DNA from: an uncultured bacterium
Lineage (GTDB): Bacteria; Patescibacteriota; Minisyncoccia; UBA6257; 2-01-FULL-56-20
Assembly: GCA_963705915.1 (NCBI GenBank)
Contig: OY970126.1
Coordinates: 408,616 to 472,615 of the forward strand
Direction: 5' to 3'
DNA length: 64,000 nucleotides
Position numbers and translations under genes: made by a program. A model generated the notes under the pieces. That model had not been told where the DNA came from, ran no database searches, and was given only the letters and a program-made list of their open reading frames with translations. Positions within the stretch are counted from its first letter, which is position 1. Each line of letters starts with the position of its first letter. Shown piece after piece: positions 46,138 to 53,538 of this stretch.

Positions 46138-48327
46138 TCAGTTTTCTTCGACGAGCGAATAAAGAATGAGCGACGTCGTATCGTTTGCCGTCGAGTCCTG
46201 ATTTGATACCTGCAAGATCAGGTTTTGGTTCGTGTTCACCGCAACAGCTTGAGACGTCTGATTTTGACCAAGGACATTCGCGCCGTTCAATCCGGAACAC
46301 GAGGCGCAAGCAACCGTGACTGAAGCATTTGAACCGGGAACAGTAAGTGCTGTTATAACAAGGTCCAAACCAAAGCCACATGTGGACGGGAGCGTAATAC
46401 AGGCTTTTCCTGCGACAGAAGAATAGATGGTCGTGGTAGCAGTTCCCGCCTGACGCAATTCAACTCGCAGCGTGTGGGTCGGTTCTGTCGTTGTGGCTAC
46501 GTTTTGAAAGCCAAGCTGTAGCTCAAGCGTTTTATTTTGAAGCAAATAATTCGCCGGGATGGTATATGAAGTCTGAAAAGCGACCTCGCCAGTCCCCTGG
46601 TTCACGCCGGAGATTGTGTCCGATGCAGTCGTACCTCCAGACTTCCACGCCGGAAGCGCGCGCAAGAATATCGTTCGCGGTATGGTGGCGGTGACATTGC
46701 CATCAGCAGTCTCCAAAAGATTGTTCGCCGTGGAATAGCAGATGCTGCCGGATGCCTGGGCACAGCCGCCGCTCACGACGGGAACCTGCAAGAGCGGCGA
46801 CGACGTGGCGAGAATCGATCCGCTAAACGTGGATGTTGCCGCGTATGTGCCCGCACCGCTCACCGTGAGTCCTTGAAGCGCCGTTGCTCCTGTTGTGCCG
46901 AGCGTTCCATAGACCGTGAGCGCGTAGGGCAAACTTGCGCCGCTGCCGGTTGCAATGCCGAGGTTAGATTGGAAAGCAAAATTACCGGCAGCAAATGTGT
47001 TCGCCGCAACCTGGTTTGCAGAAATTGTGCCACCCAAATATTGGTTTGCAACATAAATACTTCCCGACGGCTCGATGGTCGAGGTGCCGACGCCGAGGCC
47101 ATAAAGCGTGTAGGTGTCGGTGCCGTTCGCCTGCAAGCTCGATGTGGTGAGCGCGGAACCGCTGCTCCAGAGGGAATAATAATTTGATTGGCCGCCGGAG
47201 AGTGACCCCCCGCCGCACGTGGTCGTACCGACAGCGCCGCCGAGCCCCACGATATCTAAACAATTCACTCCAATACTCTGAGCCAAACCAGTAATATCCA
47301 AATTGGTTGTCGTGAGAAGTCCAACGTTCGTATGTCCGTTCGACGTGATCGAACCGGTGAAATAGGCGTTGCCCGACGGCTCAATGGTCGAGGTGCCAAC
47401 GCCGAGGCCGTAGAGCGTGTAGGTGTCGGTGCCATTCGCCTGCAAGCTCGATGTGGTGAGTGCGGAACCGCTGCTCCAGAGGGAATAATAGTTCGATTGG
47501 CCGCCGGAGAGCGATCCACCACCGCCGCAGGTTGTCGTCACAACCGCGCCAACAGTGTTCACGCTCAAACATGGACTGCCCGAACTCCCGAGCGCCGTGA
47601 TTGAAAGGTTTGTCGTCGTCGCATTGCCGTTCACCGTTGTACTGCCAAGTGTCGATACGCCGCCGATCACGCCGAACGTGCCGTAGTCGGAAAGCGTGTA
47701 CGGCAGGCCAACTTGGCTCGCCGTTGCAACGCCAAGACTTGTTCCTGTGGGAAATGCATAATTCCCGCCACCGGTGAGCGATCCGAAAACCCCGCCAGTC
47801 ACATTGCCCGCCGCCACATTGCCGGAGCAGGATCCGCCGCACGTGATATTTCCTGACGCTGAAAGATTTCCTTGCACGGTGAGCTGACCGGCGGTCATCG
47901 TCGTCGTGCCCACGCTCACCGCGCCGTCGTTGCGCGTATAAATGACCGGCGTTCCATTCGATTCCAAAATCTCTAATCCGTACGCCGAACTATCCGTCGT
48001 CGATCCAACGATCATAACCCGTACGCCGGTTACGCCGCTCACGGGCGACGAAGTCCCCACGCTGATATCATTCGCTACGTCGACGCCAATCGCTCCGTTA
48101 CCGACGCCTGCAGAATTATTGCCGGGGCCGTTGAAGGCGCTCGCAACCGCCCACGAAAACATACCGGCGATGAATGCACCGATAAAGATACCCGCCAAAA
48201 ACTGAAATGGCCGTTGATCGCGGCGCTTCCGTTTTTTTCTTGCAACCGTTTTTTTGACGACACGCTTCTTCACTTCACAATAATATAGCCAATCGGACCC
48301 TTCGCCGGGCCGCCGCACGATGCGCAA
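46138..48327 (-). CDS. Large membrane-anchored Gly/Thr/Ser-rich repetitive surface protein (putative adhesin/S-layer-like), 729 aa
   Basis: Basic N-terminus (KKRVVKKTVARKKRKRRDQR) + TM (FLAGIFIGAFIAGMFSWAVA); low-complexity G/T/S/N-rich beta-rich body with a near-identical ~105-aa internal tandem repeat (TTTCGGG(G)SLSGGQSNYYSLWSSGSALTTSSLQANGTDTYTLYGLGVGTSTIEPSG...); start overlaps upstream gene by 57 nt so true start may be internal. Confidence 0.55.
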   Translation of the reverse strand: MRIVRRPGEGSDWLYYCEVKKRVVKKTVARKKRKRRDQRPFQFLAGIFIGAFIAGMFSWAVASAFNGPGNNSAGVGNGAIGVDVANDISVGTSSPVSGVTGVRVMIVGSTTDSSAYGLEILESNGTPVIYTRNDGAVSVGTTTMTAGQLTVQGNLSASGNITCGGSCSGNVAAGNVTGGVFGSLTGGGNYAFPTGTSLGVATASQVGLPYTLSDYGTFGVIGGVSTLGSTTVNGNATTTNLSITALGSSGSPCLSVNTVGAVVTTTCGGGGSLSGGQSNYYSLWSSGSALTTSSLQANGTDTYTLYGLGVGTSTIEPSGNAYFTGSITSNGHTNVGLLTTTNLDITGLAQSIGVNCLDIVGLGGAVGTTTCGGGSLSGGQSNYYSLWSSGSALTTSSLQANGTDTYTLYGLGVGTSTIEPSGSIYVANQYLGGTISANQVAANTFAAGNFAFQSNLGIATGSGASLPYALTVYGTLGTTGATALQGLTVSGAGTYAATSTFSGSILATSSPLLQVPVVSGGCAQASGSICYSTANNLLETADGNVTATIPRTIFLRALPAWKSGGTTASDTISGVNQGTGEVAFQTSYTIPANYLLQNKTLELQLGFQNVATTTEPTHTLRVELRQAGTATTTIYSSVAGKACITLPSTCGFGLDLVITALTVPGSNASVTVACASCSGLNGANVLGQNQTSQAVAVNTNQNLILQVSNQDSTANDTTSLILYSLVEEN
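47053..47535. repeat. Intragenic tandem direct repeat (two ~175-nt near-identical copies, period ~308 nt) inside the 46138-48327 gene
   Basis: 47053-47225 vs 47361-47535 about 93-95% identical at nucleotide level (e.g. ...ggtcgaggtgcc[g/a]acgccgaggcc[a/g]ta[a/g]agcgtgtaggtgtcggtgcc[g/a]ttcgcctgcaagctcgatgtggtgag[c/t]gcggaaccgctgctccagagggaataata...). Confidence 0.65.
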
Positions 48328-48824
48328 TAGAAGGTGAACTGACCGGATGCCGTCGCGCCGAACTGGATCGTCTTGGATTGGCCCGCCGGAATGGAAACGT
48401 GGAATCCATAATCGGGCTGAGTAAAGTCATAGCTTGCGCCGACTGCCGAGATCACCAGATTCACCACGTCATTCTGATTCACGATCACCGTGTTCGGCGT
48501 GAACTTGCCGTCCTCGGCGGTGATGGTAAAGCTGCGAAGCTCCGATGTGCTGTGCGAATTCGCCGGCGTCACAACCTGCGGTGCGGCAACGTTCGACGAG
48601 GAGACCTGAGCGCCAACTCCAGGCACAACGATGTTCTGCGGCGCAGGAGCACGGGTTTGCGTTGTTCCCGCAGGCGCACCGGCGGCAGTTGTCCCCGTTC
48701 CAGTTTCTGCGGTATTCGTTGAGGCTGTCGTCCCCGAATTCGGTTTCACGCCCAACCAGACCACAAGCACAACCACCAAAGCGACAATAACGAGTGCGAG
48801 TATGATGAGTTTCCCTTTTGTCAT
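48270..48824 (-). CDS. Membrane-anchored cupredoxin-like domain protein lacking canonical Cu ligands
   Basis: N-terminal TM; Thr/Ala/Pro-rich linker; C-terminal beta-sandwich ...FTITAEDGKFTPNTVIVNQNDVVNLVISAVGASYDF...GQSKTIQFGATASGQFTFYCASCGGPAKGPIGYIIVK resembling PF13473 cupredoxin fold but no His ligands. Confidence 0.45.
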   Translation of the reverse strand: MTKGKLIILALVIVALVVVLVVWLGVKPNSGTTASTNTAETGTGTTAAGAPAGTTQTRAPAPQNIVVPGVGAQVSSSNVAAPQVVTPANSHSTSELRSFTITAEDGKFTPNTVIVNQNDVVNLVISAVGASYDFTQPDYGFHVSIPAGQSKTIQFGATASGQFTFYCASCGGPAKGPIGYIIVK

Positions 48825-48854
48825 GTGATTATAAATTTATTATAAGCCATTTCA

Positions 48855-49664
48855 TCAGAACGAATGCCACGCGTATCCAGAGCCGTTGTAGAGACACACA
48901 GCAACGGTATCCGAGGTTGAACTTGCGAGGCCGGAGACCACCCAAAATTCCCCGTCGATCGTCGCCGTGCACGTTGGACGCGACGCCGTCTGCGGATCCA
49001 TGCGCACGCCGCCATTCACGTCGAGCGTCGATTGCGGCGTTGACATTCCGATCGCAACCTCGGTTGCGCCGCTATTAAAATTGATGAGGCCGTCGACCGA
49101 TGTCCATGCGTTTGTGCCGAGACCGAGCGACCATGCATTCGTTGTTGAAGGAATCAAATTTGAATCAAATGTCGACGCCGAAACCCGCGCGACGGATGTT
49201 TGGAACATTTGCGCGAATGCCTGCAATGGATTCGATGTATTGTAGGCAACCGTAAACGTGACGCTCGCCGAATCGTGCCCCGGAGCGTTCGAATGTTTGG
49301 TAAAGCTGAGATTTGAAACCGTGACCTTGCTCGACGTGAGTGGCTGCGCGGCGCTATTCCCCTGGGTGAGATAGACCGTCCCGCCCGAAAGCGTGATGAG
49401 CGTCGGATCGTTCGACAAGTTCGCCATCCGCAAATCGAGTGTCGTCGTTGCAGTATCCTGCGGCATGTCGATCAAACTCGATTGGCCGATATAATATTGG
49501 ACTTGCTGCAAGAGAAACTGGCTTTGCGACGTCACTTCATTCTCGGCGGTCTGCTGCGTCTGCACTTGCGTGATAGAAATGAGCATCCCCGTGAACGCGA
49601 CCATCACGATCGTAAAAATGGCAATGTAAATCAAAAGCTCGATCAGCGTAAATCCCTTTCGCAT
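48855..49664 (-). CDS. Type IV pilin-like / pseudopilin protein with N-terminal prepilin cleavage-methylation motif
   Basis: MRKGFTLIELLIYIAIFTIVMVAF class III signal peptide (G|FTLIE); 269 aa, large Thr/Ser-rich C-terminal domain with two Cys near C-terminus. Confidence 0.65.
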   Translation of the reverse strand: MRKGFTLIELLIYIAIFTIVMVAFTGMLISITQVQTQQTAENEVTSQSQFLLQQVQYYIGQSSLIDMPQDTATTTLDLRMANLSNDPTLITLSGGTVYLTQGNSAAQPLTSSKVTVSNLSFTKHSNAPGHDSASVTFTVAYNTSNPLQAFAQMFQTSVARVSASTFDSNLIPSTTNAWSLGLGTNAWTSVDGLINFNSGATEVAIGMSTPQSTLDVNGGVRMDPQTASRPTCTATIDGEFWVVSGLASSTSDTVAVCLYNGSGYAWHSF

Positions 49665-49687
49665 ACTTCTATTATACTATATGCGCA

Positions 49688-51220
49688 CTACGCGTTCCGC
49701 CGCCGAACTTTGGGTGTCACCCAAAAACCAAGACGATATTTGCCGCCGAGCATGAGACGCGTCTGCGCGTCGAGGCCCGGCATCGCGCCGAACGCAATGA
49801 GGGTAATCGGCATAAGTATCCATTGAATGAAATAGATAAAATAATCCTGCGGTCGGATACCCGTCGCTTTCGCTGGCAATAGTATGATGGCGAGGATCGC
49901 CGAACTCACGATGCCAACCATCGAGAGCGAAACAATCCATCGCGTCACGTGCGGCAGATAGAACGCGAGAAGCGTTGCGCCGAAGTGTTTGCCGCCAAGA
50001 AAGAGCGGCAACCATCCAAGGGCAAAGATCATAAGCGAGTTTGTCGCCCACGAATGGAATCCTTCGATCGTATTAAATCGCCAATAGCGCTTTTTGCCAT
50101 CGGGAATGTTTGGATCATTCCGGAATCCTTCGAGCATGTATGGAATATTTTCCACGCCCCAGCCCCAACGCCGCTGTTGCAAATAAATATTTTTCATCGT
50201 CCCCCAGAATGTCGGCGCAACGTTTGCATCCATCGAGACCGGATAAAGGAGCGGATGCACGCGGAAGTCGCCGTGATATTTCAAAAATCCCTGCCAGAAA
50301 ACCCGCGAATCTTCGGAGACGATATCTCTTTCCCAGAAACCGATTTCAACGAGCGTCGCAAGCGGTATGGCCTGCGACGAAAACGAGGTGAGACGCTCCG
50401 GCCGCGCCTGTTGCATCATCTGCCAGAACGTCGTTGAGAACGCGACGATGCGCGCGAGCGCCGGCGCTTCATAAATATTATTTGTGAAGAGCGGGATTGG
50501 TTGGTAGATGGCGCGCAATGGATTTTCTGCCGTGAAGAACGCGTACGTAAGCCGTCCAAAATACTCCGGATATACCTGCGTATCCACGTCGAATACCGAA
50601 ACAAGAACTTTTTTATAATCGATCGTTGCGCCCGTCGCATCGCCGTCGATCACCTTTGCTTTTGCTTGTTGCGCCGCCCATGCTTCGTTTGACCCTTTGC
50701 CGGGCATTTCACCAGCGATATTCGCCGGATGCGTCGTCACCAAAAATTTCCCGAAGCGCGCGCCGAATGCTTCTTGAATTTTCTTGCCGGTTTCCTGCGC
50801 CGCAGCGCCGGCCCGCTCTTCGAGGCCAAGTACGATAAAAATATTTTCTTTTGGATAGTGCGAACGCGCCAAACTTTCAAAACTTTCGCGCACGATCTCA
50901 TACGGCTCGTTATACATCGGCAGAACCACAAGGTGCCGAATCCCCTCCCATCCGGCGCGGCCGTTCGGCAATTCATCAAGTTTTCTCAGCCAATCGATCT
51001 TCATGTTTTCCCGCATCGCACTGAACGTCGCCCGGAGATGGAGCGAAAGATACACCGTCTTCAAAAGCCAGTAGATGTCAAAAAGGATTATAAAGATGGA
51101 AACCCAGACCGGCAGGAGCCACGAGAAAAGGATCACGAGCATGATCGTCCCCCATGCGAGCAGGCCCGGCAGGATTTCAAAGTAACGTTTCATAAAGAAT
51201 ATTATCTCACGTACTACCAT
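49688..51220 (-). CDS. Family 2 processive membrane glycosyltransferase (cellulose/chitin/hyaluronan-synthase-like)
   Basis: N-terminal TMs, GT2 catalytic region with DVD (VFDVDT) and QQRRWGWG (QxxRW) motif, C-terminal multi-TM; start may be Met10 (MKRYFEIL). Confidence 0.7.
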   Translation of the reverse strand: MVVREIIFFMKRYFEILPGLLAWGTIMLVILFSWLLPVWVSIFIILFDIYWLLKTVYLSLHLRATFSAMRENMKIDWLRKLDELPNGRAGWEGIRHLVVLPMYNEPYEIVRESFESLARSHYPKENIFIVLGLEERAGAAAQETGKKIQEAFGARFGKFLVTTHPANIAGEMPGKGSNEAWAAQQAKAKVIDGDATGATIDYKKVLVSVFDVDTQVYPEYFGRLTYAFFTAENPLRAIYQPIPLFTNNIYEAPALARIVAFSTTFWQMMQQARPERLTSFSSQAIPLATLVEIGFWERDIVSEDSRVFWQGFLKYHGDFRVHPLLYPVSMDANVAPTFWGTMKNIYLQQRRWGWGVENIPYMLEGFRNDPNIPDGKKRYWRFNTIEGFHSWATNSLMIFALGWLPLFLGGKHFGATLLAFYLPHVTRWIVSLSMVGIVSSAILAIILLPAKATGIRPQDYFIYFIQWILMPITLIAFGAMPGLDAQTRLMLGGKYRLGFWVTPKVRRRNA

Positions 51221-51245
51221 ACATCAGAAACGCGCAGATTCGCAA

Positions 51246-51280
51246 TAAAACGGCGCCCAGAACATGAGCGCCGACTTTTT
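51246..51280. terminator. Putative bidirectional intrinsic terminator between ECF sigma gene and GT2 gene
   Basis: CGGCGC-11nt-GCGCCG hairpin flanked by A-run upstream and T-run downstream. Confidence 0.3.
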
Positions 51281-51292
51281 CATAGTGACTGG

Positions 51293-51898
51293 TCACAGGC
51301 CCGAAAGCCAGAAATCTTTTTCCTCACCAAGCGCATCGCGAAGTTTGCCCCTCGCTTTGTGCAGTTGAGATTTCGAATTTCCGATCGATGTGCCGATCAT
51401 CGCAGCAATTTCCCGGTGTTCGTAGCCGTGAACCTCGTGAAGAACGAAAACGGTTCGATAGCCGCTCGGCAATTGTTTAATGGCTTGCACGAGCGCGATA
51501 CGTTCAGCCGAAGCGTGGAGTCGCGGGTCTCGGACGGGAAGAAACGACTGGACACTCTCTTCGCTCGCAGACGCATCCCCATGAAACCTGGATCTCACCG
51601 TACGCTCCAAAGAGGTCATGCAGAGTCTTTTCCTACGGAGACTCTGCAACGCTGAATTTACAGCGATCCTGTAGAGCCACGTGGCAAACCGAGCCTCACC
51701 CCGAAACATCCCAATCTTCCGAAAAATCAGCAAAAAAGTTTCTTGCGTAAGGTCTTCGGCGTCGAAACCGTTGCCGGTCAATGCCAAACACAACACGTAA
51801 ACCCTCCGCTTATGTTCTTGGTGGATGCGTTCGAATGCACACTCGTCTCCTTGCTGAGCCCGCCGGACCAGTTCCATCTCTTCCGCTTTTGAAATCAT
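51293..51898 (-). CDS. ECF-type RNA polymerase sigma factor (sigma-70 family, group 4)
   Basis: Start ATG 51898 (MISKAEEMELVRRAQQGDECAFERI...); region 2 (DLTQETFLLIFRKIGMFRGEARFATWLYRIAVN) and region 4 (LPSGYRTVFVLHEVHGYEHREIAAMIGTSIGNSKSQLHKARGKLR). Confidence 0.8.
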   Translation of the reverse strand: MISKAEEMELVRRAQQGDECAFERIHQEHKRRVYVLCLALTGNGFDAEDLTQETFLLIFRKIGMFRGEARFATWLYRIAVNSALQSLRRKRLCMTSLERTVRSRFHGDASASEESVQSFLPVRDPRLHASAERIALVQAIKQLPSGYRTVFVLHEVHGYEHREIAAMIGTSIGNSKSQLHKARGKLRDALGEEKDFWLSGL

Positions 51899-51999
51899 GT
51901 CAATGCCCTCCCCTGAAAAAGATGATAGCGATATCATTCCTAGGTTGCAAGTATAGAAAAGCCGCCAGATATACTCCGGCGGCGAGACGTGCGAACTCA

Positions 52000-52143
52000 T
52001 CACGATTCTTCTTCGGAAAGGTTGGGCGTCGGTCCGATCATTTCCAGATGACGCAAAGCTTCCTGCTGCTCTTCCGGGTCTTCCGGACCACCGAGAAAAA
52101 CGCCGTTATCATGATATTCCTGTTGCTCTTTCTCTCGAGCCAT
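52000..52143 (-). CDS. Candidate small highly acidic protein (46 aa) upstream of ECF sigma gene
   Basis: AGGAGG SD 8 nt upstream of ATG 52143; MAREKEQQEYHDNGVFLGGPEDPEEQQEALRHLEMIGPTPNLSEEES; longer track ORF 52000-52278 lacks SD. Confidence 0.3.
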   Translation of the reverse strand: MAREKEQQEYHDNGVFLGGPEDPEEQQEALRHLEMIGPTPNLSEEES

Positions 52144-52260
52144 AAAAGGCCTCCTGCGCGAAATTATACGTCGTAGTATGAAAGATGTCAAATACGGTTC
52201 CCTTTGAGACTTGCCAATTTTAGAGAAACATGTTACCATATCGTCCAGAGGAGACACCAT

Positions 52261-52560
52261 ATGCAATGCATAGTTCACGTCTTGCTCAAAACCGGGAAAA
52301 CCCGCGGGGCATCTTGTTCCTTAACAAGAACAATAGATTTCCCATTTCTCCCTGCTCGAGGCATGATATTATCGCTCGATGTTTCTGGGGAAAACAGCCA
52401 CGCTACCCCACATGCCCACATCAGGGAAATTTGGTACCACGAGAATTCTCGGAAAATCGATGTCTGGTGTGATATATGGGCATCTGACAGTGACGACTTC
52501 AGGTTTAACAAACAAGTTGTCAAGATCGCGAAGCTAGATCCGAGATGGGACCTGGAGTAG
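52261..52560 (+). CDS. Hypothetical protein (99 aa), divergent from the small acidic ORF/ECF sigma
   Basis: AGGAG SD 7 nt upstream of ATG 52261; followed by strong terminator; no recognisable domain. Confidence 0.4.
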   Translation: MQCIVHVLLKTGKTRGASCSLTRTIDFPFLPARGMILSLDVSGENSHATPHAHIREIWYHENSRKIDVWCDIWASDSDDFRFNKQVVKIAKLDPRWDLE

Positions 52561-52575
52561 GATGACAACCTGAGG

Positions 52576-52614
52576 ACGCCGCAGTGAAGTTTTTTCACTG
52601 CGGCGTATTTTTTC
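52576..52614 (+). terminator. Rho-independent terminator
   Basis: ACGCCGCAGTGAA-GTTTTT-TTCACTGCGGCGT (13-bp stem) followed by ATTTTTT. Confidence 0.65.
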
Positions 52615-52641
52615 GTTGTAGCCCCACGGGGAATCGCCCCG
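52615..52641 (-). repeat. Partial duplicate of tRNA-Glu 3' end (T-arm + acceptor 3' strand + trailer): att-like direct repeat
   Basis: Minus-strand CGGGGCGATTCCCCGTGGGGCTACAAC vs tRNA-Glu 3' half CGGGGTTCGATTCCCCGTGGGGCTA+CGACAAC (25/27 identical, 2-nt deletion in T-loop). Confidence 0.55.
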
Positions 52642-52741
52642 CGGCTCAAACGCTCGCCGTCGCTCGCGTTTGGCCTGGGCACCGCCTCGCGGATTTTTTC
52701 TGCTGAAAAAATCCGCTCCGGCGGTTCGATTCCTCCATGAA

Positions 52742-52862
52742 ACAAACAACAAACAAGAAAGCTCCTGAGAAGGGCTCTCGGAGGCACGAAGGTGCCGAGA
52801 GCGGAGCGGCTCGCGCAGCAGCGCGAGACCGCGTACCTTCTCAGGAGCTTTCTTGTTTGTTG
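52742..52862. repeat. Imperfect long inverted repeat (about 30-nt arms) enclosing additional short palindromes
   Basis: aaacaaacaacaaacaagaaagctcctgagaagg (52742-52775) vs ccttctcaggagctttcttgtttgttgt (52834-52862); inner CTCGCGC-AGCA-GCGCGAG hairpin; neighbouring 11-bp palindrome GCGGATTTTTT/AAAAAATCCGC at 52691-52718 and T-arm-like GGTTCGATTCC at 52725-52735. Confidence 0.5.
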
Positions 52863-52865
52863 TCG

Positions 52866-52937
52866 TAGCCCCACGGGGAATCGAACCCCGATTTACGCCG
52901 TGAAAGGGCGCTGTCCTAGCCATTAGACGATGAGGCC
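52866..52937 (-). tRNA. tRNA-Glu (anticodon TTC)
   Basis: D-arm GTCT-AATGGCTA-GGAC and anticodon arm GCGCC-CTTTCAC-GGCGT nearly identical to E. coli tRNA-Glu; T-loop TTCGATT; acceptor GGCCTCA/TGGGGCT contains G1.U72 and U5.G68 wobbles (slightly atypical). Confidence 0.7.
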
Positions 52938-52966
52938 AATCAGTGTGCCTCTCATTTAACCGGAAA

Positions 52967-52995
52967 TTGACGGGAAAGACAAGTTCCTCTATGGT
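52967..52995 (+). promoter_or_regulatory. Putative sigma-70 promoter TTGACG-N17-TATGGT for the 53035 gene
   Basis: ttgacg (52967-52972), 17-nt spacer, tatggt (52990-52995); ATG at 53035. Confidence 0.35.
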
Positions 52996-53034
52996 ATGGG
53001 CAGTATCCCCCATCCCACATTGAGGTATTGACCG

Positions 53035-53466
53035 ATGGAAACGATAACAGGATATAACCTTCGCAGCTATCTGCCGCCCCCGATTCGAAACGTTGCCACG
53101 GCTATTCTCAAGCGCCGGCGCATGCTCATCGTGATTACGATTGTCCAAAAAGTACTTGAAGAATTCGACCGGCTGCACGACCGCCCGATGTGCCTGATCC
53201 ATCGCTTCGAACTCCGCGGCGACATCAACCAAACCACGATCCAGATGGCAATGTTGTCTCGGTTCCGCATTGAGGTCGTTAAGGAAGGATTGTGCCGCTA
53301 TATAACGAACAAAGAGGACTATCAAAAAGCTCTTCTTCTCTTGTATAGTCTCCGCACAACTGGTTGGTCGCATTATCGGACCGACCTCATTCGATACGAG
53401 ATCTGCACACGAACAACGTTCTATGAGCACCTGGAAGTGTGCCTGCAAAAAGGAGATCCCCTCTAG
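53035..53466 (+). CDS. Hypothetical protein (143 aa)
   Basis: ORF with upstream promoter-like element and GAGGT SD-like motif; no recognisable domain. Confidence 0.4.
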   Translation: METITGYNLRSYLPPPIRNVATAILKRRRMLIVITIVQKVLEEFDRLHDRPMCLIHRFELRGDINQTTIQMAMLSRFRIEVVKEGLCRYITNKEDYQKALLLLYSLRTTGWSHYRTDLIRYEICTRTTFYEHLEVCLQKGDPL

Positions 53467-53538
53467 AGGTTTTTCACGCAACCCCGCGAACACCACCGCG
53501 GGGTTATTTTTTTATTTCAGTCTGCTACACTAAATGGC

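Noticed and set aside
46138-48327. CRISPR array or other interspaced-repeat array in the repetitive 47-47.6 kb region
   Set aside because: The repeats are two long (about 175-nt) tandem copies inside one continuous ORF with protein-level periodicity; no short direct repeats with unique spacers were seen anywhere in the window.
52615-52940. Possibility that the tRNA-fragment direct repeats flank an intact integrated mobile element
   Set aside because: Only about 225 bp lie between the repeats and no integrase, recombinase or transposase ORF is present in either flank, so this is recorded as an att-like scar or miniature element, not as a mobile_element feature.
52275-53496. Long minus-strand ORFs 52275-52874 (199 aa) and 52534-53496 (320 aa)
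   Set aside because: They traverse the terminator, palindromes and tRNA-Glu and are antisense to the 53035-53466 gene, which has its own promoter; low-complexity Arg/Ser-rich translations.
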